A stretch of 64,000 nt of DNA from Opitutaceae bacterium (GTDB taxonomy: Bacteria > Verrucomicrobiota > Verrucomicrobiia > Opitutales > Coraliomargaritaceae): positions 32,001-96,000 of the forward strand of contig JBPOFY010000002.1 of assembly GCA_051252375.1 (NCBI GenBank), read 5' to 3'. The position numbers and the translations under genes are program-made. Under the pieces are notes generated by a model. It searched no databases and was not told where the DNA came from. It worked only from the letters and a program-made list of their open reading frames with translations. Below, piece by piece: positions 28,663 through 39,888 of the stretch (positions within the stretch are counted from its first letter, which is position 1; each line of letters starts with the position of its first letter).

Positions 28663-28860
28663 CTTTTAAAACCGGACGGAAACGTTCGGTTTTTTTGGAT
28701 CTGGTGGGCTGATCGACTGGGGACTTTAACCTACGGTGGTCCGGTTCCCTTCGCCAAACGAAGTGCCCGGTCATGTCGCCTTTCGACAAGCTCTAGGCTC
28801 GGACAAGTCCCCCTTCGACCACCACTTTTAAAACCGGACGGAAACGTTCGGGTTTTTTGG
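28642..28860 (+). repeat. 57-bp direct repeat (28642-28698 and 28804-28860): tRNA-Leu 3' end plus terminator
   Basis: CAAGTCCCCCTTCGACCACCACTTTTAAAACCGGACGGAAACGTTCGG is identical over 48 bp, with one mismatch over 57 bp; period 162 bp. Confidence 0.95.
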
Positions 28861-29006
28861 GTCTACACTTTAATATGGGGCACCCTCACCGCGCACCGCT
28901 CGCCCATTTTATTAAAAAATTCAAACAAGCGTTTGTCTTTCATTCAATTGCCTCCATTAGTGTGCGTGCGTCAATCTATACGCGACTCCCAACACACAGC
29001 GGAATC

Positions 29007-30146
29007 ATGAAGAAAAAACTAATTTTTGGAGCAATCATACTTCTTGGAGTGGCGCTAGCGCTGATCTTCATCTTTAGCACGAAGAAAGCTCAATTCGCAG
29101 CGATGGCAGAAGCAGGTGCGTCCATGGTGCCACCACCGGTCAGCGTTTCAACTTTCATTGCAAGCGAACAAGTCTGGGAGGAAAGCTTACAGGCGATTGG
29201 TTCGATCGAGCCGGTTCAAGGCGTTGCATTGGAAGCGGAAATCCCAGGCATCGTGAGCACGATCAATTTCGAAAACGGACAATTCGTCAATGCAGGCGAC
29301 CTAATGGTGCAACTCGACATCAAGGTCGAACTAGCACAGCTACGAGCTGCCGAGGCTTCAGCGAGGCTGGCAGTTCTGGAGAACGAACGCGCCAAGAAAC
29401 TCCGCGAGAGCGGCTCAGTGCCTCAGTCGCAACTCGACAGTTCCAGCGCCGATGTCGAAAAGGCAAATGCCGAGGTGGATAATTTTAAAGCAATCATCAG
29501 CCGTAAGACCATACGTGCGCCCTTTAGCGGTAAAGTCGGCATTCGCCAGATAAACCTAGGTCAATACGTGGCGCAGGGTGCATCGATCGTCACCCTACAA
29601 GCCGACGAGCAAGTCTTCGTCAATTTCACCCTCCCCCAACACGCACTCTCGAAACTCTCGACTGGCATGGAGATAGCGCTCAAAAGCGATGCTTACCCGG
29701 ACAAAACTTTTACAGGCTCGATCACCGCAATCAGCCCGCAAATCGATTCGCGCACGCGAACCATTCAATTGCAAGGCACACTCGATAATCCGGACAGCTT
29801 GCTCCGCGCAGGTCTATTCGTCCGCGTTGAAGCCAAGCTCCCCACCAAACAGACTGTGCTCGTCGTCCCGTCCACCGCCATTAATTATGCGCCCTACGGA
29901 AACTCGATCTACAAGGTCGTAGAAAAAGTCGATAAAGCCAGCGGCGAGAGCCAGCTCATCGCTGAGCAACATTTCATTCGAATTGGTAAACACAGAGGCG
30001 ATTTCGTCAGTGTCGTCGATGGCATGAGCGAGGGAGATGAAGTCGTCTCTGCCGGTGCCTTCAAACTACAAAATGGTGCCACGGTCATGATCAACAATGA
30101 TCTAAAACCAACAGCCGAGTTGTATCCGAATCCGGACAACACCTAA
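29007..30146 (+). CDS. RND efflux periplasmic adaptor (membrane fusion protein)
   Basis: N-terminal anchor, G.V..I.F..GQ.V..GD, IRAPFSG.VG and L..G.FV motifs; start taken at ATG 29007. Confidence 0.92.
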   Translation: MKKKLIFGAIILLGVALALIFIFSTKKAQFAAMAEAGASMVPPPVSVSTFIASEQVWEESLQAIGSIEPVQGVALEAEIPGIVSTINFENGQFVNAGDLMVQLDIKVELAQLRAAEASARLAVLENERAKKLRESGSVPQSQLDSSSADVEKANAEVDNFKAIISRKTIRAPFSGKVGIRQINLGQYVAQGASIVTLQADEQVFVNFTLPQHALSKLSTGMEIALKSDAYPDKTFTGSITAISPQIDSRTRTIQLQGTLDNPDSLLRAGLFVRVEAKLPTKQTVLVVPSTAINYAPYGNSIYKVVEKVDKASGESQLIAEQHFIRIGKHRGDFVSVVDGMSEGDEVVSAGAFKLQNGATVMINNDLKPTAELYPNPDNT

Positions 30147-30192
30147 TCGCACCGCCTTCCTTGAATCGACCACTTTCGAAACGGAACATAGA

Positions 30193-33100
30193 ATGAATAC
30201 CGCTTTTACCGATATCTTTGTAAAACGCCCGGTGCTGTCGATCGTTGTCAGCCTGATAATTGTGCTGGCGGGACTGCAAGCAATCTCCTCACTCACCGTG
30301 CGCCAGTATCCGCGCAATGAGAATGCCAAGGTCACAATCACTACGTTCTATGTCGGTGCTGATGCGGATCTGGTTCGCGGCTTTATCACCACACCTTTGG
30401 AGCGTTCAGTCGCCACAGCAGACGGGATAAATTACATTTCGTCCGAAAGTAAACTCGGAATGTCTACCATCACAGTGCGCTTGGAGTTGAACTACGATTC
30501 CACCAAAGCGCTGGCAGAGATCAGCTCGAAGGTCGACCAAGTGCGCGGCGACCTCCCACCGGAGGCAGAGATACCGATCATATCAGTTCAGTCGGCCGAC
30601 AGCGAATTTGCATCCGCCTATCTCTCCTTCTCGTCCGACATTCTAGAAGCCAATGAGATCACCGACTATCTGGTGCGTGTCATACAGCCACGTCTCACTG
30701 CGATCAACGGTGTCAAAGAAGCAGAGATCCTCGGCGGTCGCACTTACGCGATGCGCATCTGGCTCGACCCCGCGCGAATGGCATCGCTCGGCATCTACCC
30801 AGCACAAGTGCGCGAAGCGCTTGCCTCAAACAACTATCTCTCCGCAGTCGGACAAACCAAGGGCAACTTAGTCACCGTCAACCTGACGACCAACACCGAC
30901 CTCAACACAGTCGAAGACTTTGAGCAGCTAGCGATCCTCAATCAGGGCGACACCATTGTGCGCATTAAAGATATCGCCACCGTTGAACTCGGCGGTGAAG
31001 ACTACAATGCGGAGGTGCGCTTTTCCGGAAAGAAGGCGGTATTCATGGGGATGTTTGTTCTGCCAAATGCCAACACAGTTGACGTGATCAGCGACGTGCG
31101 CACAGAGCTCGAAGCGATTAAGAAAGAGCTCCCCGTCGGCGTCATCGCCGATATGGCTTACGATTCAACAGTCTATATCGAGCAGTCCATCAGTGAGGTG
31201 GTAAAAACGCTGATGGAAACACTGGCCATTGTGATGTTCGTGATCTTCCTCTTCATGGGGCGTATCCGCACGGTATTGGTGCCAATTATTACGATCCCGA
31301 TCTCATTGATTGGTGCAGTCTTCCTGATGCAGATGTTCGGATTCAGTATCAACTTACTGACGCTCCTCGCCGTGGTTCTTTCCGTCGGGATCGTGGTGGA
31401 TGATGCGATCATTGTGGTTGAAAATATTGAGCGCCACTTGGAAGCAGGCATGGAATCGAAGCAGGCCGCCCTACTTGGGGTGCGCGAACTGATCGGTCCA
31501 GTCATCGCAACCACGCTAGTGCTAGTGGCCGTCTATGTGCCGATTGCCTTCCAAGGTGGCTTGACCGGTTCACTCTTCCGCGAATTCGCGCTCACCCTGA
31601 CTGGCGCAGTGGTCGTATCCACGATCGTCGCTTTAACGCTCAGCCCGATGCTCTCCTCAAAGGTGCTAAAGAGCGGCAAACACACCGGGCTCGCACTACT
31701 CATTAACAATGGCTTCGACCGCTTACGTAAAACCTACGGTCGCATCCTCCGAGTCGCACTACAAACCCGCTGGGTGACTTACCTCGCATGGATTGTTCTC
31801 ACACTTTGCTGCGCACCGATGTTCATGCTATCGCCTAAAGAGTTGGCACCCACCGAAGACCAAGGAGTGATCTTCGGCATCGTTGATGCGCCCGCAAATT
31901 ATGCAATCGAAGAGACCTCGCGTTTTGCCGATGCCGCCAACGATGTCTTCTTCAGCTTCCCAGAAACAGACTACACATTTCAACTCACTTTCCCAAATGC
32001 TGGCTTTAGCGGCATGCTCCTTAGTCCTTGGAATGAACGCGAACGGACAACCTTAGATATCGTGCCTGAAGCGATGATGGGGCTTGGACAAATCAGCGGC
32101 ATCAACATCTTTCCAGTCGCACCTCCCGCCCTCCCCGGCGGCAGTCAATTCCCTGTGGACTTCATCGTCGCATCGACCGCGGAGCCCGAACAAATCCTTG
32201 AATTTGCGAACAAAATCTACGCAAAAGCGATGGCAAGTGGCACCTTTGCCTTCTTAGTCATTGATACCAAAATCGACCAGCCACAGACGAAATTTGTAAT
32301 TGATCGTGATCTAGTCAGCTCGCTCGGGCTCGACCAACGCGATATCGGTGCCGACCTTGGATCACTCGTCGGCGGTGCTTATGTGAACCGCTTCAACATC
32401 GGCGGTCGCAGTTACAAAGTGATTCCACAAATCAAACGTAGCGAGCGCCTCAATCCAGAGCAGCTCGAAGACATCTACGTCAAAGGTCCCGACGGTCAGC
32501 TCATTCAACTCAGCACCGTAGCCACTCTAGAGGAAAGCGTGCAACCACGCGCACTCAATCGCTTCCAGCAATTCAACTCAGTAAAAATGAGCGGCGTGTA
32601 TATCGGCGGCCCACTCGATCAAGGATTGAAGTTCCTCGAAGACACCGCAGCGGAGATCTTACCCGATGGCTACCGTATTGATTACGACGGCGAGTCACGC
32701 CAGCTACGCACAGAAGGTAACAAATTCCTGCCAGCATTCAGTCTCGCGATCGTGCTGATCTTTCTGGTGCTCTCGGCGCAGTTCAATAGCTTCCGCGACC
32801 CTTTCATTATTTTGCTCGGCTCGGTGCCACTCGCAATGTTCGGGGCACTCATTTTCACTTTCTTGAAAATGATGGATCCCAATCTCCCGCACTGGACCAG
32901 CGCTTGGACCACCACCTTGAATATCTATTCGCAAGTTGGTCTCGTTACATTGATTGGCCTCGTCGCGAAGAACGGCATTTTGATTGTTGAGTTTGCGAAC
33001 CAGCTCCAACGCGAAGGTCGCAGTAAACTCGATGCGATTCAAGAAGCAGCCGAAGTGCGCCTACGCCCGATTCTCATGACAACAGTCGCGACAGTCGCTG

Positions 33101-33294
33101 GTCACTTCCCGCTCACTCTAGTGACAGGTGCTGGTGCCGAAGCCCGGAACTCCATCGGTCTCGTCCTCGTCGGCGGCATGGCCATTGGCACCATCTTCAC
33201 TGTCCTATTCCTCCCATCGATCTATATGCTCATCGCAAAAGACCGATCAAAAGAAGCTGTCGAAAGCGACTCTTCACAAGCTGCTCATACGTAA
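30193..33294 (+). CDS. RND efflux permease (AcrB/MexW-like)
   Basis: F..RPV, GIVVDDAI.VVENI, LTLSPML, GL..KNGILIVEFA and RLRPILMT motifs; 1033 aa. Confidence 0.95.
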   Translation: MNTAFTDIFVKRPVLSIVVSLIIVLAGLQAISSLTVRQYPRNENAKVTITTFYVGADADLVRGFITTPLERSVATADGINYISSESKLGMSTITVRLELNYDSTKALAEISSKVDQVRGDLPPEAEIPIISVQSADSEFASAYLSFSSDILEANEITDYLVRVIQPRLTAINGVKEAEILGGRTYAMRIWLDPARMASLGIYPAQVREALASNNYLSAVGQTKGNLVTVNLTTNTDLNTVEDFEQLAILNQGDTIVRIKDIATVELGGEDYNAEVRFSGKKAVFMGMFVLPNANTVDVISDVRTELEAIKKELPVGVIADMAYDSTVYIEQSISEVVKTLMETLAIVMFVIFLFMGRIRTVLVPIITIPISLIGAVFLMQMFGFSINLLTLLAVVLSVGIVVDDAIIVVENIERHLEAGMESKQAALLGVRELIGPVIATTLVLVAVYVPIAFQGGLTGSLFREFALTLTGAVVVSTIVALTLSPMLSSKVLKSGKHTGLALLINNGFDRLRKTYGRILRVALQTRWVTYLAWIVLTLCCAPMFMLSPKELAPTEDQGVIFGIVDAPANYAIEETSRFADAANDVFFSFPETDYTFQLTFPNAGFSGMLLSPWNERERTTLDIVPEAMMGLGQISGINIFPVAPPALPGGSQFPVDFIVASTAEPEQILEFANKIYAKAMASGTFAFLVIDTKIDQPQTKFVIDRDLVSSLGLDQRDIGADLGSLVGGAYVNRFNIGGRSYKVIPQIKRSERLNPEQLEDIYVKGPDGQLIQLSTVATLEESVQPRALNRFQQFNSVKMSGVYIGGPLDQGLKFLEDTAAEILPDGYRIDYDGESRQLRTEGNKFLPAFSLAIVLIFLVLSAQFNSFRDPFIILLGSVPLAMFGALIFTFLKMMDPNLPHWTSAWTTTLNIYSQVGLVTLIGLVAKNGILIVEFANQLQREGRSKLDAIQEAAEVRLRPILMTTVATVAGHFPLTLVTGAGAEARNSIGLVLVGGMAIGTIFTVLFLPSIYMLIAKDRSKEAVESDSSQAAHT

Positions 33295-33375
33295 GTCTTC
33301 CACTCTGTGGCGATGCGACTTCAAGGCACGAAGACACATAGGTATACTAGCAAACTTTTAAATCCTCCGTGAAGA

Positions 33376-33909
33376 CTAGAAAGACCAATTCACGATAGGA
33401 AAGCCTTTTGCTAACTTCGTCGGAAGCTCGGTGAACCAAGGATTCGTTTCAACGATATTTGCGAAGCCGATCTGCACGCCATTAAGCCGCTTGGTATAGT
33501 TGATTAAACCGAGCTGCACTCCTGTAACATCTTGAGCGATATTGACCCAGCCCGATTGGAGACCTCGGATGCTGCCGCTACTGACATTAATCATCGCCGC
33601 TTGCCAGCCAACAACCTCACCCGTCGAATGCGTAAAGATACCACCAAAAATCACGCCTTCGTAATTTTCGACCGTGCCGCCAAGAATCGACCAGGTAAAT
33701 CCCATGCTATTACCAGACTGCTGATTAATAAAACCTAGATCGATGCCACGAACTTGGTTATCGCCCCACACATTGAGTGCCAAGCCTTCGACGAGTGCTC
33801 CCTGCTCGACTAGAGCGACATCCGGAACAAGAGAAACCTGAAAGCTGGAGGCCGCCTGAGCGACCTGTGACAGTGTGAAGATTGAAATAAGGGTAAGGAA
33901 GTTTTTCAT
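33376..33909 (-). CDS. Secreted protein with G.Q.G..N repeats (LA_2272-like)
   Basis: Signal peptide (AQA), repeats GLQSGWVN / GVQLGLIN / GVQIGFAN, C-terminal NWSF. Confidence 0.7.
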   Translation of the reverse strand: MKNFLTLISIFTLSQVAQAASSFQVSLVPDVALVEQGALVEGLALNVWGDNQVRGIDLGFINQQSGNSMGFTWSILGGTVENYEGVIFGGIFTHSTGEVVGWQAAMINVSSGSIRGLQSGWVNIAQDVTGVQLGLINYTKRLNGVQIGFANIVETNPWFTELPTKLAKGFPIVNWSF

Positions 33910-34119
33910 AATAATAACTAACGAGCTGTTTCTTTATCATTTTCACTTCACACAGAGATCTGCCACAAAGTCGCTGCAGCATCACATAGCCCATCCCTTT
34001 AAACAACGGTAATGCACTTATATATGAGTGCATATAAAAGCAGCACTCGCTTCAGAAATATTGATTCGAGCAGATTAGCGGTTAGCACAATCTCGTTGGA
34101 TTTCGACCAACTGCTAATT

Positions 34120-35589
34120 CTAAACCAGCGCCTTCAATTCGTAGCCTTTTCGATAATGCGGGCCTTTCAGCTCTGAGCTAATCGATGGATTCAAGATCGT
34201 CCGACTTACCGGGTCGATCTCGATGACTTTGCCCAAATTGTAACTGGGGTCTTTGATACCCCATGTCTCGAGCTGCGCTTGCTCTTCGCTTAAAATCTCA
34301 GTCAATTCTTGGCGTCCACCTACTAACTTAAGCAGCTCCTGATTACTGACCAACTCACCGCTGCGATAACTGATATTGCTCGCACTCGCCAATATCGCCG
34401 AGTTGGTGGAAGTCCCGATTCTGGCCCTCAGGACACTGGCATCATTCGCGCGAATCGCATCGATAAAATTCTGTTGGTGCCCCTTGCCGCCATTGCCTTT
34501 GAAACGCTCGATAATTGTTTTACCGTCCAGTTCCGTTGCCATCATGCCATAACGTCCGCCTTTAAGTATTCCGTTTTCACATTCGACAATAAGACCTGTG
34601 CGCGTGCCCAATCGGTTCTTCGCAACATTACGTTCAGGCGCTAGCCTCAAATCATTCGCTTCGATAATCACATCTACTCCATCCACTTGATACCAAGAAG
34701 ACTGTAGGTTGGGTGTATTACCTCCATCATTCCAAGCGAAACGGTTACCAAACGATTGTATTTGTTTCGGCAGTGCAGGCTCTCCGAGCAGCCAGCAAAC
34801 CAAATCAATTTCATGCACGCCTTGATTGCCGATATCCCCTTGTCCTGTGTTAAAATCCCAGTGCCAATCGTAGTGAAACTCAGGTCGCATGATTGGCATA
34901 TCCTGTGCGGGTCCCAGCCACAGATCGTAGTCCATCGTAGCAGGTGGTTTCAATGGCGACTCACGACGACCGATCGAAGCACGGTTACGGAAACACAGTG
35001 AACGAATCTTCTTAATTTTCCCAAGCTTGCCATCCTGCACATAACGGATGCCCACCTGAGGTCCGGGGTCGGAACGATTTTGATAACCCGCAGCAATGAT
35101 TTTACCATACTTACGCTCAGCAGCCTCTAGCTGTAGTGCTTCCCAAGGTGTAAAACAAACCGGCTTCTCCACGTAGACATGTTTCCCCGCCTCCATCGCC
35201 TGTATAGCCTGCAGTGTGTGCCAATAGGTCGGGCTCGCGATAATGACCGCATCGATATCCGATCGCTCATAAACTTTACGGTAGTCCTGAATCGTCTCTA
35301 CAACAACTTTCTGGCGAGCAGGCTGCCCATTATACGCTTTTGGGTTCGCTAACTTATCCGCCAACGTATCCATCTGTGCGGTATCCGGATCGCAAATCGC
35401 GACCAACTGGGCTCCGGGAACTTGGGTAAAATATCGGGAGAGGTCAGAGCCCTGCCTGCCGCAACCAATCAAAGCAATGCGCACGCGCTCATTTGCGCCG
35501 ATAATCGACTGGCCTTTAAGGGAAGAGGCAACTACCGCCAAACCAGCGTATTTAATAAATGTGCGACGAGATGTAGGGGTGTTTTTCAT
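34120..35589 (-). CDS. Tat-exported Gfo/Idh/MocA oxidoreductase
   Basis: SRRTFIK twin-arginine signal, IGCG..G, DAV.IA.P..WH, YVEKP and GNQGVH.ID motifs. Confidence 0.92.
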   Translation of the reverse strand: MKNTPTSRRTFIKYAGLAVVASSLKGQSIIGANERVRIALIGCGRQGSDLSRYFTQVPGAQLVAICDPDTAQMDTLADKLANPKAYNGQPARQKVVVETIQDYRKVYERSDIDAVIIASPTYWHTLQAIQAMEAGKHVYVEKPVCFTPWEALQLEAAERKYGKIIAAGYQNRSDPGPQVGIRYVQDGKLGKIKKIRSLCFRNRASIGRRESPLKPPATMDYDLWLGPAQDMPIMRPEFHYDWHWDFNTGQGDIGNQGVHEIDLVCWLLGEPALPKQIQSFGNRFAWNDGGNTPNLQSSWYQVDGVDVIIEANDLRLAPERNVAKNRLGTRTGLIVECENGILKGGRYGMMATELDGKTIIERFKGNGGKGHQQNFIDAIRANDASVLRARIGTSTNSAILASASNISYRSGELVSNQELLKLVGGRQELTEILSEEQAQLETWGIKDPSYNLGKVIEIDPVSRTILNPSISSELKGPHYRKGYELKALV

Positions 35590-35654
35590 CTAATCGCATG
35601 CGATCATTATTTATGCTCCGCCTCAATGCTTATTTGATCAAAACCAGATCCAGA

Positions 35655-36548
35655 TTAAGTCAGTTCAGTGGGCAACTTAGGCGTCGCACCTTCTTGTGAG
35701 CAGACATAAGCCGCGACCTTATTAGCAAAAAGATTCACCTCACTTAGAGGCCAGCCGCGCAATAAACCCATACACAAGGCTGCAGTAAACGAGTCGCCCG
35801 CACCCACCGTGTCGATGACCTCACTTTCCCGCCCGGGAAAATCGTGCACGGCATCCACTCCTACCAACAAGCTACCATCCGCGCCGCGGGTGTAAGCAAT
35901 TAGACGTAGATCAAACAGCTCCAGAAGTTGTCGTAGTTGATCATCAGGCCCGCCCTCCAAGTCAAACATATCGAGCAAGACCGGTAGCTCCTCATCACTC
36001 AGTTTCAAGACATTAGCGAGCTCAAGTGAACGACGGATCAGCAACTTCGAGTAGAAAGACTGACGCAGATTCACATCAAAAATCTTCAATGCATGCGCCG
36101 GCATCGCATCAAGAAATGAATGAATGCTTTGCCTCGACTCTTGCCAACGCTGCGAGAGTGAACCAAAGCAAACGGCATCGAGTTTGCCAGCGAGACGCTG
36201 AAGGTCCTCGGTGAATGGAATGTGGTCCCATGCGACATTCTCATGAATATCGTAGGAGGGCTTCCCCGAGCGCAGCACAACATCTACAGTGCCTGTCAGA
36301 TAAGTTACACTTTCCTTCACGTAGCGATCGTCCACGCCAACCTCTTTTAAGTGCTCGCGAAGCTCCTCGCCCAACGGATCCGCACCGATACAACTGACTG
36401 GCCAGCTCTCCGCGCCAAGCTGATGCGCGTGATACGCAAAATTAGCAGGAGCACCGCCTACACGTTTGTGGTTTGCGAAAACATCCCAAAGCAGCTCTCC
36501 GATGCCGCAAACGGCATACTTCTTATCGCTTAAATTATTTAAACTCAT
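35655..36548 (-). CDS. PfkB-family carbohydrate kinase (fructokinase-like)
   Basis: GE.LWD, GGAPANFA, FD.NLR, K.S.EE and DTVGAGDSF motifs; alternative start at 36587. Confidence 0.92.
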   Translation of the reverse strand: MSLNNLSDKKYAVCGIGELLWDVFANHKRVGGAPANFAYHAHQLGAESWPVSCIGADPLGEELREHLKEVGVDDRYVKESVTYLTGTVDVVLRSGKPSYDIHENVAWDHIPFTEDLQRLAGKLDAVCFGSLSQRWQESRQSIHSFLDAMPAHALKIFDVNLRQSFYSKLLIRRSLELANVLKLSDEELPVLLDMFDLEGGPDDQLRQLLELFDLRLIAYTRGADGSLLVGVDAVHDFPGRESEVIDTVGAGDSFTAALCMGLLRGWPLSEVNLFANKVAAYVCSQEGATPKLPTELT

Positions 36549-36653
36549 TTTCGGGTGACCAGAGTCATTGAAGATCAATGTGGTCATTTATTCGACAACA
36601 AAATCAACTCTTCGAACCGTCGACTCCAACACTAACGCTAGCCTGAAAAACGT

Positions 36654-38231
36654 CTATGCGCTCGTTCCTTCGTGAGTGAGTAAATACTCAAATGTGGCCA
36701 ACCCTGCCTTCGCGCCCTCCCCCATGGAGATGATGATTTGCTTATAAGGCGTATCCGTGACGTCGCCGCAGGCAAAAATACCTTCCACGTTGGTCGCACA
36801 TTTTGGTGTAACCACAATTTCGCCACGCGTATTGAGAGCGACCAAGTCTTTAACAAAGCCGCTGTTTGGAGCGAGTCCGATTTGCACAAAGACACCGTCG
36901 GTGGCCTTGGTAACTGTCTCACCGGTTTCGCGCATCTCGAGCTCGATTCCCGTCACTCCGGAATCGTTGGCAACGACTTCTTTCACGGCAGCCGAAACAA
37001 TGACTTCGGTATTGGCAGTGGCGTGTAACTTATCGATCAAGACCTTGTCCGCCTTGAGCGAATCCATGAACTCGACCACGGTCACCGACTTCGTGATACC
37101 TGCAAGGTCGAGTGCTGCTTCGACGCCAGAATTGCCGCCACCGACGACGATGACGTCCTTACCCTTAAAGTAAGGTCCGTCACAGTGTGGGCAGTAAGCC
37201 ACACCCTTGCCGACGTTCTCCTGCTCACCCGGCACCCCGAGCTTGCGCCATTGCGCGCCGGTCGCGATCACAACCGTGCGTGCCTGCAGCACTTCCCCCG
37301 TGCTGAGGGTTAAATATTTCAAATCGGAATCCGGCTTGGTCGCAATTTCCTTCACGCGGATGCTATCACGCAAAGCAATCGGATAATCCCCTAAGTGCTT
37401 GCGAATGTTATGCGTCAACTGCGTGCCGGTGATTTCACTGATCGACGTAACGTTTTCGATACCGACGGTGTCGCTGACCTGTCCGCCAAACTTCTCGGCA
37501 ATTGTCGCCACCTGGAGTCCTTTACGCGCTAAATAGATCGAAGCGGTCGCAGCAGCGGGGCCACCTCCGATGACAACGCTGTCGTAAACTTTGTCGTCCT
37601 GAACCGGCGCACTGGAGCTGACGTTAAATTGTTGAGTGATCTTTTCAATGATCTGAGCGGCATTGATCTCACCGCTGGAAAATGGCTTCTTGTTAACGAA
37701 TACCGTCGGCACACCCTGGACCTTGCGCTCATCCGCCAAGCCCTGATGCAACGCACCGTCGATCATCTCATTGGTGATCCGCGGGTTGAGCAGTGCAAGC
37801 TGGTTCAGCGTTTGCACGACGTCCGGGCACACATGGCAGTCGAGCGAAATAAAAGTTTCGAACATCAAATCTTCATTGATGGCCTTGATCTGTGCTTGTA
37901 GCCCTTCGTCCAACTTGATGGCCGAACCACCTGCCTGAAGCAGAGCCAATACGAAGCTATTAAACTCATGCCCACCCGGCACTCCGGAAAAGAGGACACC
38001 CGCAGGCTGCTCATCGACGACCAGCTCGAAGGTCAGACCTTCACGCACAGCAATCGTCTGATCTTCGACATCTTTAAAACTAATCTTCGGCGAAACCGAT
38101 GCCACGCCCTGCAACATGGAAATAAGCTCCGCGCGCTTCGGATGCACACCAGCAAAAAGACGCAGTTCAACACTGCGGGTCATGTTCTTGGTATATTCAG
38201 CGAGGGTCTGGAGAAGATTCTTATCTAGCAT
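36654..38231 (-). CDS. ahpF: Alkyl hydroperoxide reductase subunit F
   Basis: P.GHEF.S..LA, CHVC and CPHC redox pairs, GGGNSG.EAA.DL, GD.T..PYKQI motifs. Confidence 0.96.
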   Translation of the reverse strand: MLDKNLLQTLAEYTKNMTRSVELRLFAGVHPKRAELISMLQGVASVSPKISFKDVEDQTIAVREGLTFELVVDEQPAGVLFSGVPGGHEFNSFVLALLQAGGSAIKLDEGLQAQIKAINEDLMFETFISLDCHVCPDVVQTLNQLALLNPRITNEMIDGALHQGLADERKVQGVPTVFVNKKPFSSGEINAAQIIEKITQQFNVSSSAPVQDDKVYDSVVIGGGPAAATASIYLARKGLQVATIAEKFGGQVSDTVGIENVTSISEITGTQLTHNIRKHLGDYPIALRDSIRVKEIATKPDSDLKYLTLSTGEVLQARTVVIATGAQWRKLGVPGEQENVGKGVAYCPHCDGPYFKGKDVIVVGGGNSGVEAALDLAGITKSVTVVEFMDSLKADKVLIDKLHATANTEVIVSAAVKEVVANDSGVTGIELEMRETGETVTKATDGVFVQIGLAPNSGFVKDLVALNTRGEIVVTPKCATNVEGIFACGDVTDTPYKQIIISMGEGAKAGLATFEYLLTHEGTSA

Positions 38232-38253
38232 CGGAAAAAGTATTTTGAGATTG

Positions 38254-38285
38254 AAAAAAACGGGACCCAGCAGTGCCAGGCCCCG
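38254..38285 (-). terminator. Hairpin plus T-tract between ahpC and ahpF
   Basis: Minus strand CGGGGCCTGG-CACTG-CTGGGTCCCG-TTTTTTT. Confidence 0.65.
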
Positions 38286-38315
38286 GATAAATGTAATAGA
38301 AGCGACCTGCTTCGC

Positions 38316-38879
38316 TTAGATTTTACCAACTAAGTCGAGCGACGGCTTGAGAGTATCTTCGCCTGGCTTCCATTTTGCTGGGCAGACTTGACCGTCGTTG
38401 TTAGCCACATACTGAGCAGCCTGCACCTTACGAAGAAGGTCCGCTGCGGAACGGCCGATGCCCAGGTCATGCACTTCGGCGATCTTGATCTTACCTTCTG
38501 GATCAGCCACGAATGTGCCGCGCAGTGCAAGGCCCTCTTCTTCGATCATCACATCGAAACCGCGTGTGATGGTTCCGGTAGGATCACCAAGCATTGGGAA
38601 ATTGATCTTATTGATCGTGTCGGAAGTATCGTGCCATGCCTTATGGCTGAAGTGCGTGTCAGTTGATACCGAGTAAACTTCGACGCCTAGCTCTTGAAGC
38701 TGTGCGTAGTGATCTGCGAGGTCACCCAATTCTGTAGGGCAGACAAATGTGAAGTCAGCCGGATAGAAAAAGAAGACTGACCACTTGCCCTTCACATCCT
38801 CGGTTGAGACAGACTTAAACTCACCATTGTGGAAAGCCTGTGCGTTAAATTCTGGAATGATTGTATTTATTTTAGCCAT
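38316..38879 (-). CDS. ahpC: Alkyl hydroperoxide reductase subunit C (2-Cys peroxiredoxin)
   Basis: [13 protein letters not shown] and VCPAKW motifs. Confidence 0.97.
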   Translation of the reverse strand: MAKINTIIPEFNAQAFHNGEFKSVSTEDVKGKWSVFFFYPADFTFVCPTELGDLADHYAQLQELGVEVYSVSTDTHFSHKAWHDTSDTINKINFPMLGDPTGTITRGFDVMIEEEGLALRGTFVADPEGKIKIAEVHDLGIGRSAADLLRKVQAAQYVANNDGQVCPAKWKPGEDTLKPSLDLVGKI

Positions 38880-38940
38880 AATTGTTTTGGTTGAGATTTA
38901 TTCTCGGTAAGAAAATACCAGAAAACGTTTAATAGTTGAA

Positions 38941-38977
38941 AGACATACATTCTATACCTTCCATAGCCTTTACCTAT
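38941..38977. promoter_or_regulatory. OxyR binding site
   Basis: AGAC-N7-CTAT-N7-ATAG-N7-CTAT: three of the four consensus tetramers are perfect; lies between divergent ahpC and oxyR. Confidence 0.7.
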
Positions 38978-39866
38978 GGAAGTTCAGCAAATCCGTTACT
39001 TTCTCGCAGTCGCCGAGTTACGCAATTTCACACGTGCCGCAGAGCGCTGTAATGTGGCGCAACCTTCGCTCAGCCAGCAGATCAAGAAGCTAGAGCAGGA
39101 GCTGGGGGGACCACTCTTCCATCGAATGGGACGCCGCATTCTACTCACCGAGCAAGGTGAACTCCTCGAAGGCAAGGCCAAGACCATCATGCTGGAGCAC
39201 GAGAATGCGATCCAACAAGTCAGCGACTCATTTCAAAATAGCCGCACGGTCACCTTGGGAGCGATCATGACCATCGCCCCCTATCTTGTGCCCGCGCTCT
39301 TGAAAGAATTAGACCCCACTGAATGCAGCGCTTTACGCATCGAGGAAAACTTCACCGAAGCGCTCGTCGAAAAGGTCCGCCGCGGGCGCTTGGACTTTGC
39401 CATTATGTCCTCACCGCTCAAGGAGCCGGACTTGATGGTGCAGGTCTTAGGTCGCGAACGCTTTCTCGCTGTCATGCCGATAAACCACCCCTTGAACACA
39501 CGCCCTGGCAAAGTGACACTCAACGAACTCGTGCAAGAACCATTCTTGGAACTCAATAATATCCACTGCGCCGGCAAACAAATCAATGAGATCTGCCAAC
39601 TCAGCTCAGGCAGCCAAAACACTGTCTTCCTCAGTTCACAGATTGAAACCATTCGCCGCCTCGTCATCGAAGGTCGAGGCGTGACCATCCTCCCCCGAAT
39701 GTCACTCCACGGTCACGATGATCTCGGAGTCAAAGAGATCGAAGGCGTCACACTCGAACGCGAAATCACACTCGTCCAACACCCCGACCGATATCTTTCA
39801 AAATCTGCTCAAGCGCTCTTAAAACAGCTGAAGAGCTTTACCCAACAATATCTCGAAACGGACTAG
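38976..39866 (+). CDS. oxyR: LysR-family peroxide sensor OxyR
   Basis: LysR HTH, TIAPYL, HC-x8-C ([11 protein letters not shown]) redox pair; divergent from ahpCF. Confidence 0.85.
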   Translation: MEVQQIRYFLAVAELRNFTRAAERCNVAQPSLSQQIKKLEQELGGPLFHRMGRRILLTEQGELLEGKAKTIMLEHENAIQQVSDSFQNSRTVTLGAIMTIAPYLVPALLKELDPTECSALRIEENFTEALVEKVRRGRLDFAIMSSPLKEPDLMVQVLGRERFLAVMPINHPLNTRPGKVTLNELVQEPFLELNNIHCAGKQINEICQLSSGSQNTVFLSSQIETIRRLVIEGRGVTILPRMSLHGHDDLGVKEIEGVTLEREITLVQHPDRYLSKSAQALLKQLKSFTQQYLETD

Positions 39867-39888
39867 GCTACATTGCTCGGGCAATCAG

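Noticed and set aside
28642..28860. CRISPR array or prophage attL/attR
   Set aside because: Only two copies, derived from the tRNA; no cas, integrase or phage genes anywhere in the window.
28576..29010. 144-aa ORF with the repeated peptide QVPLRPPLLKPDGNVR
   Set aside because: It is a translation of tRNA-Leu and its 57-bp direct repeat; the 162-bp period happens to be a multiple of 3.
29007..33294. RND pump lacking an outer-membrane factor as a novelty
   Set aside because: Sharing a TolC-like channel encoded elsewhere is common.
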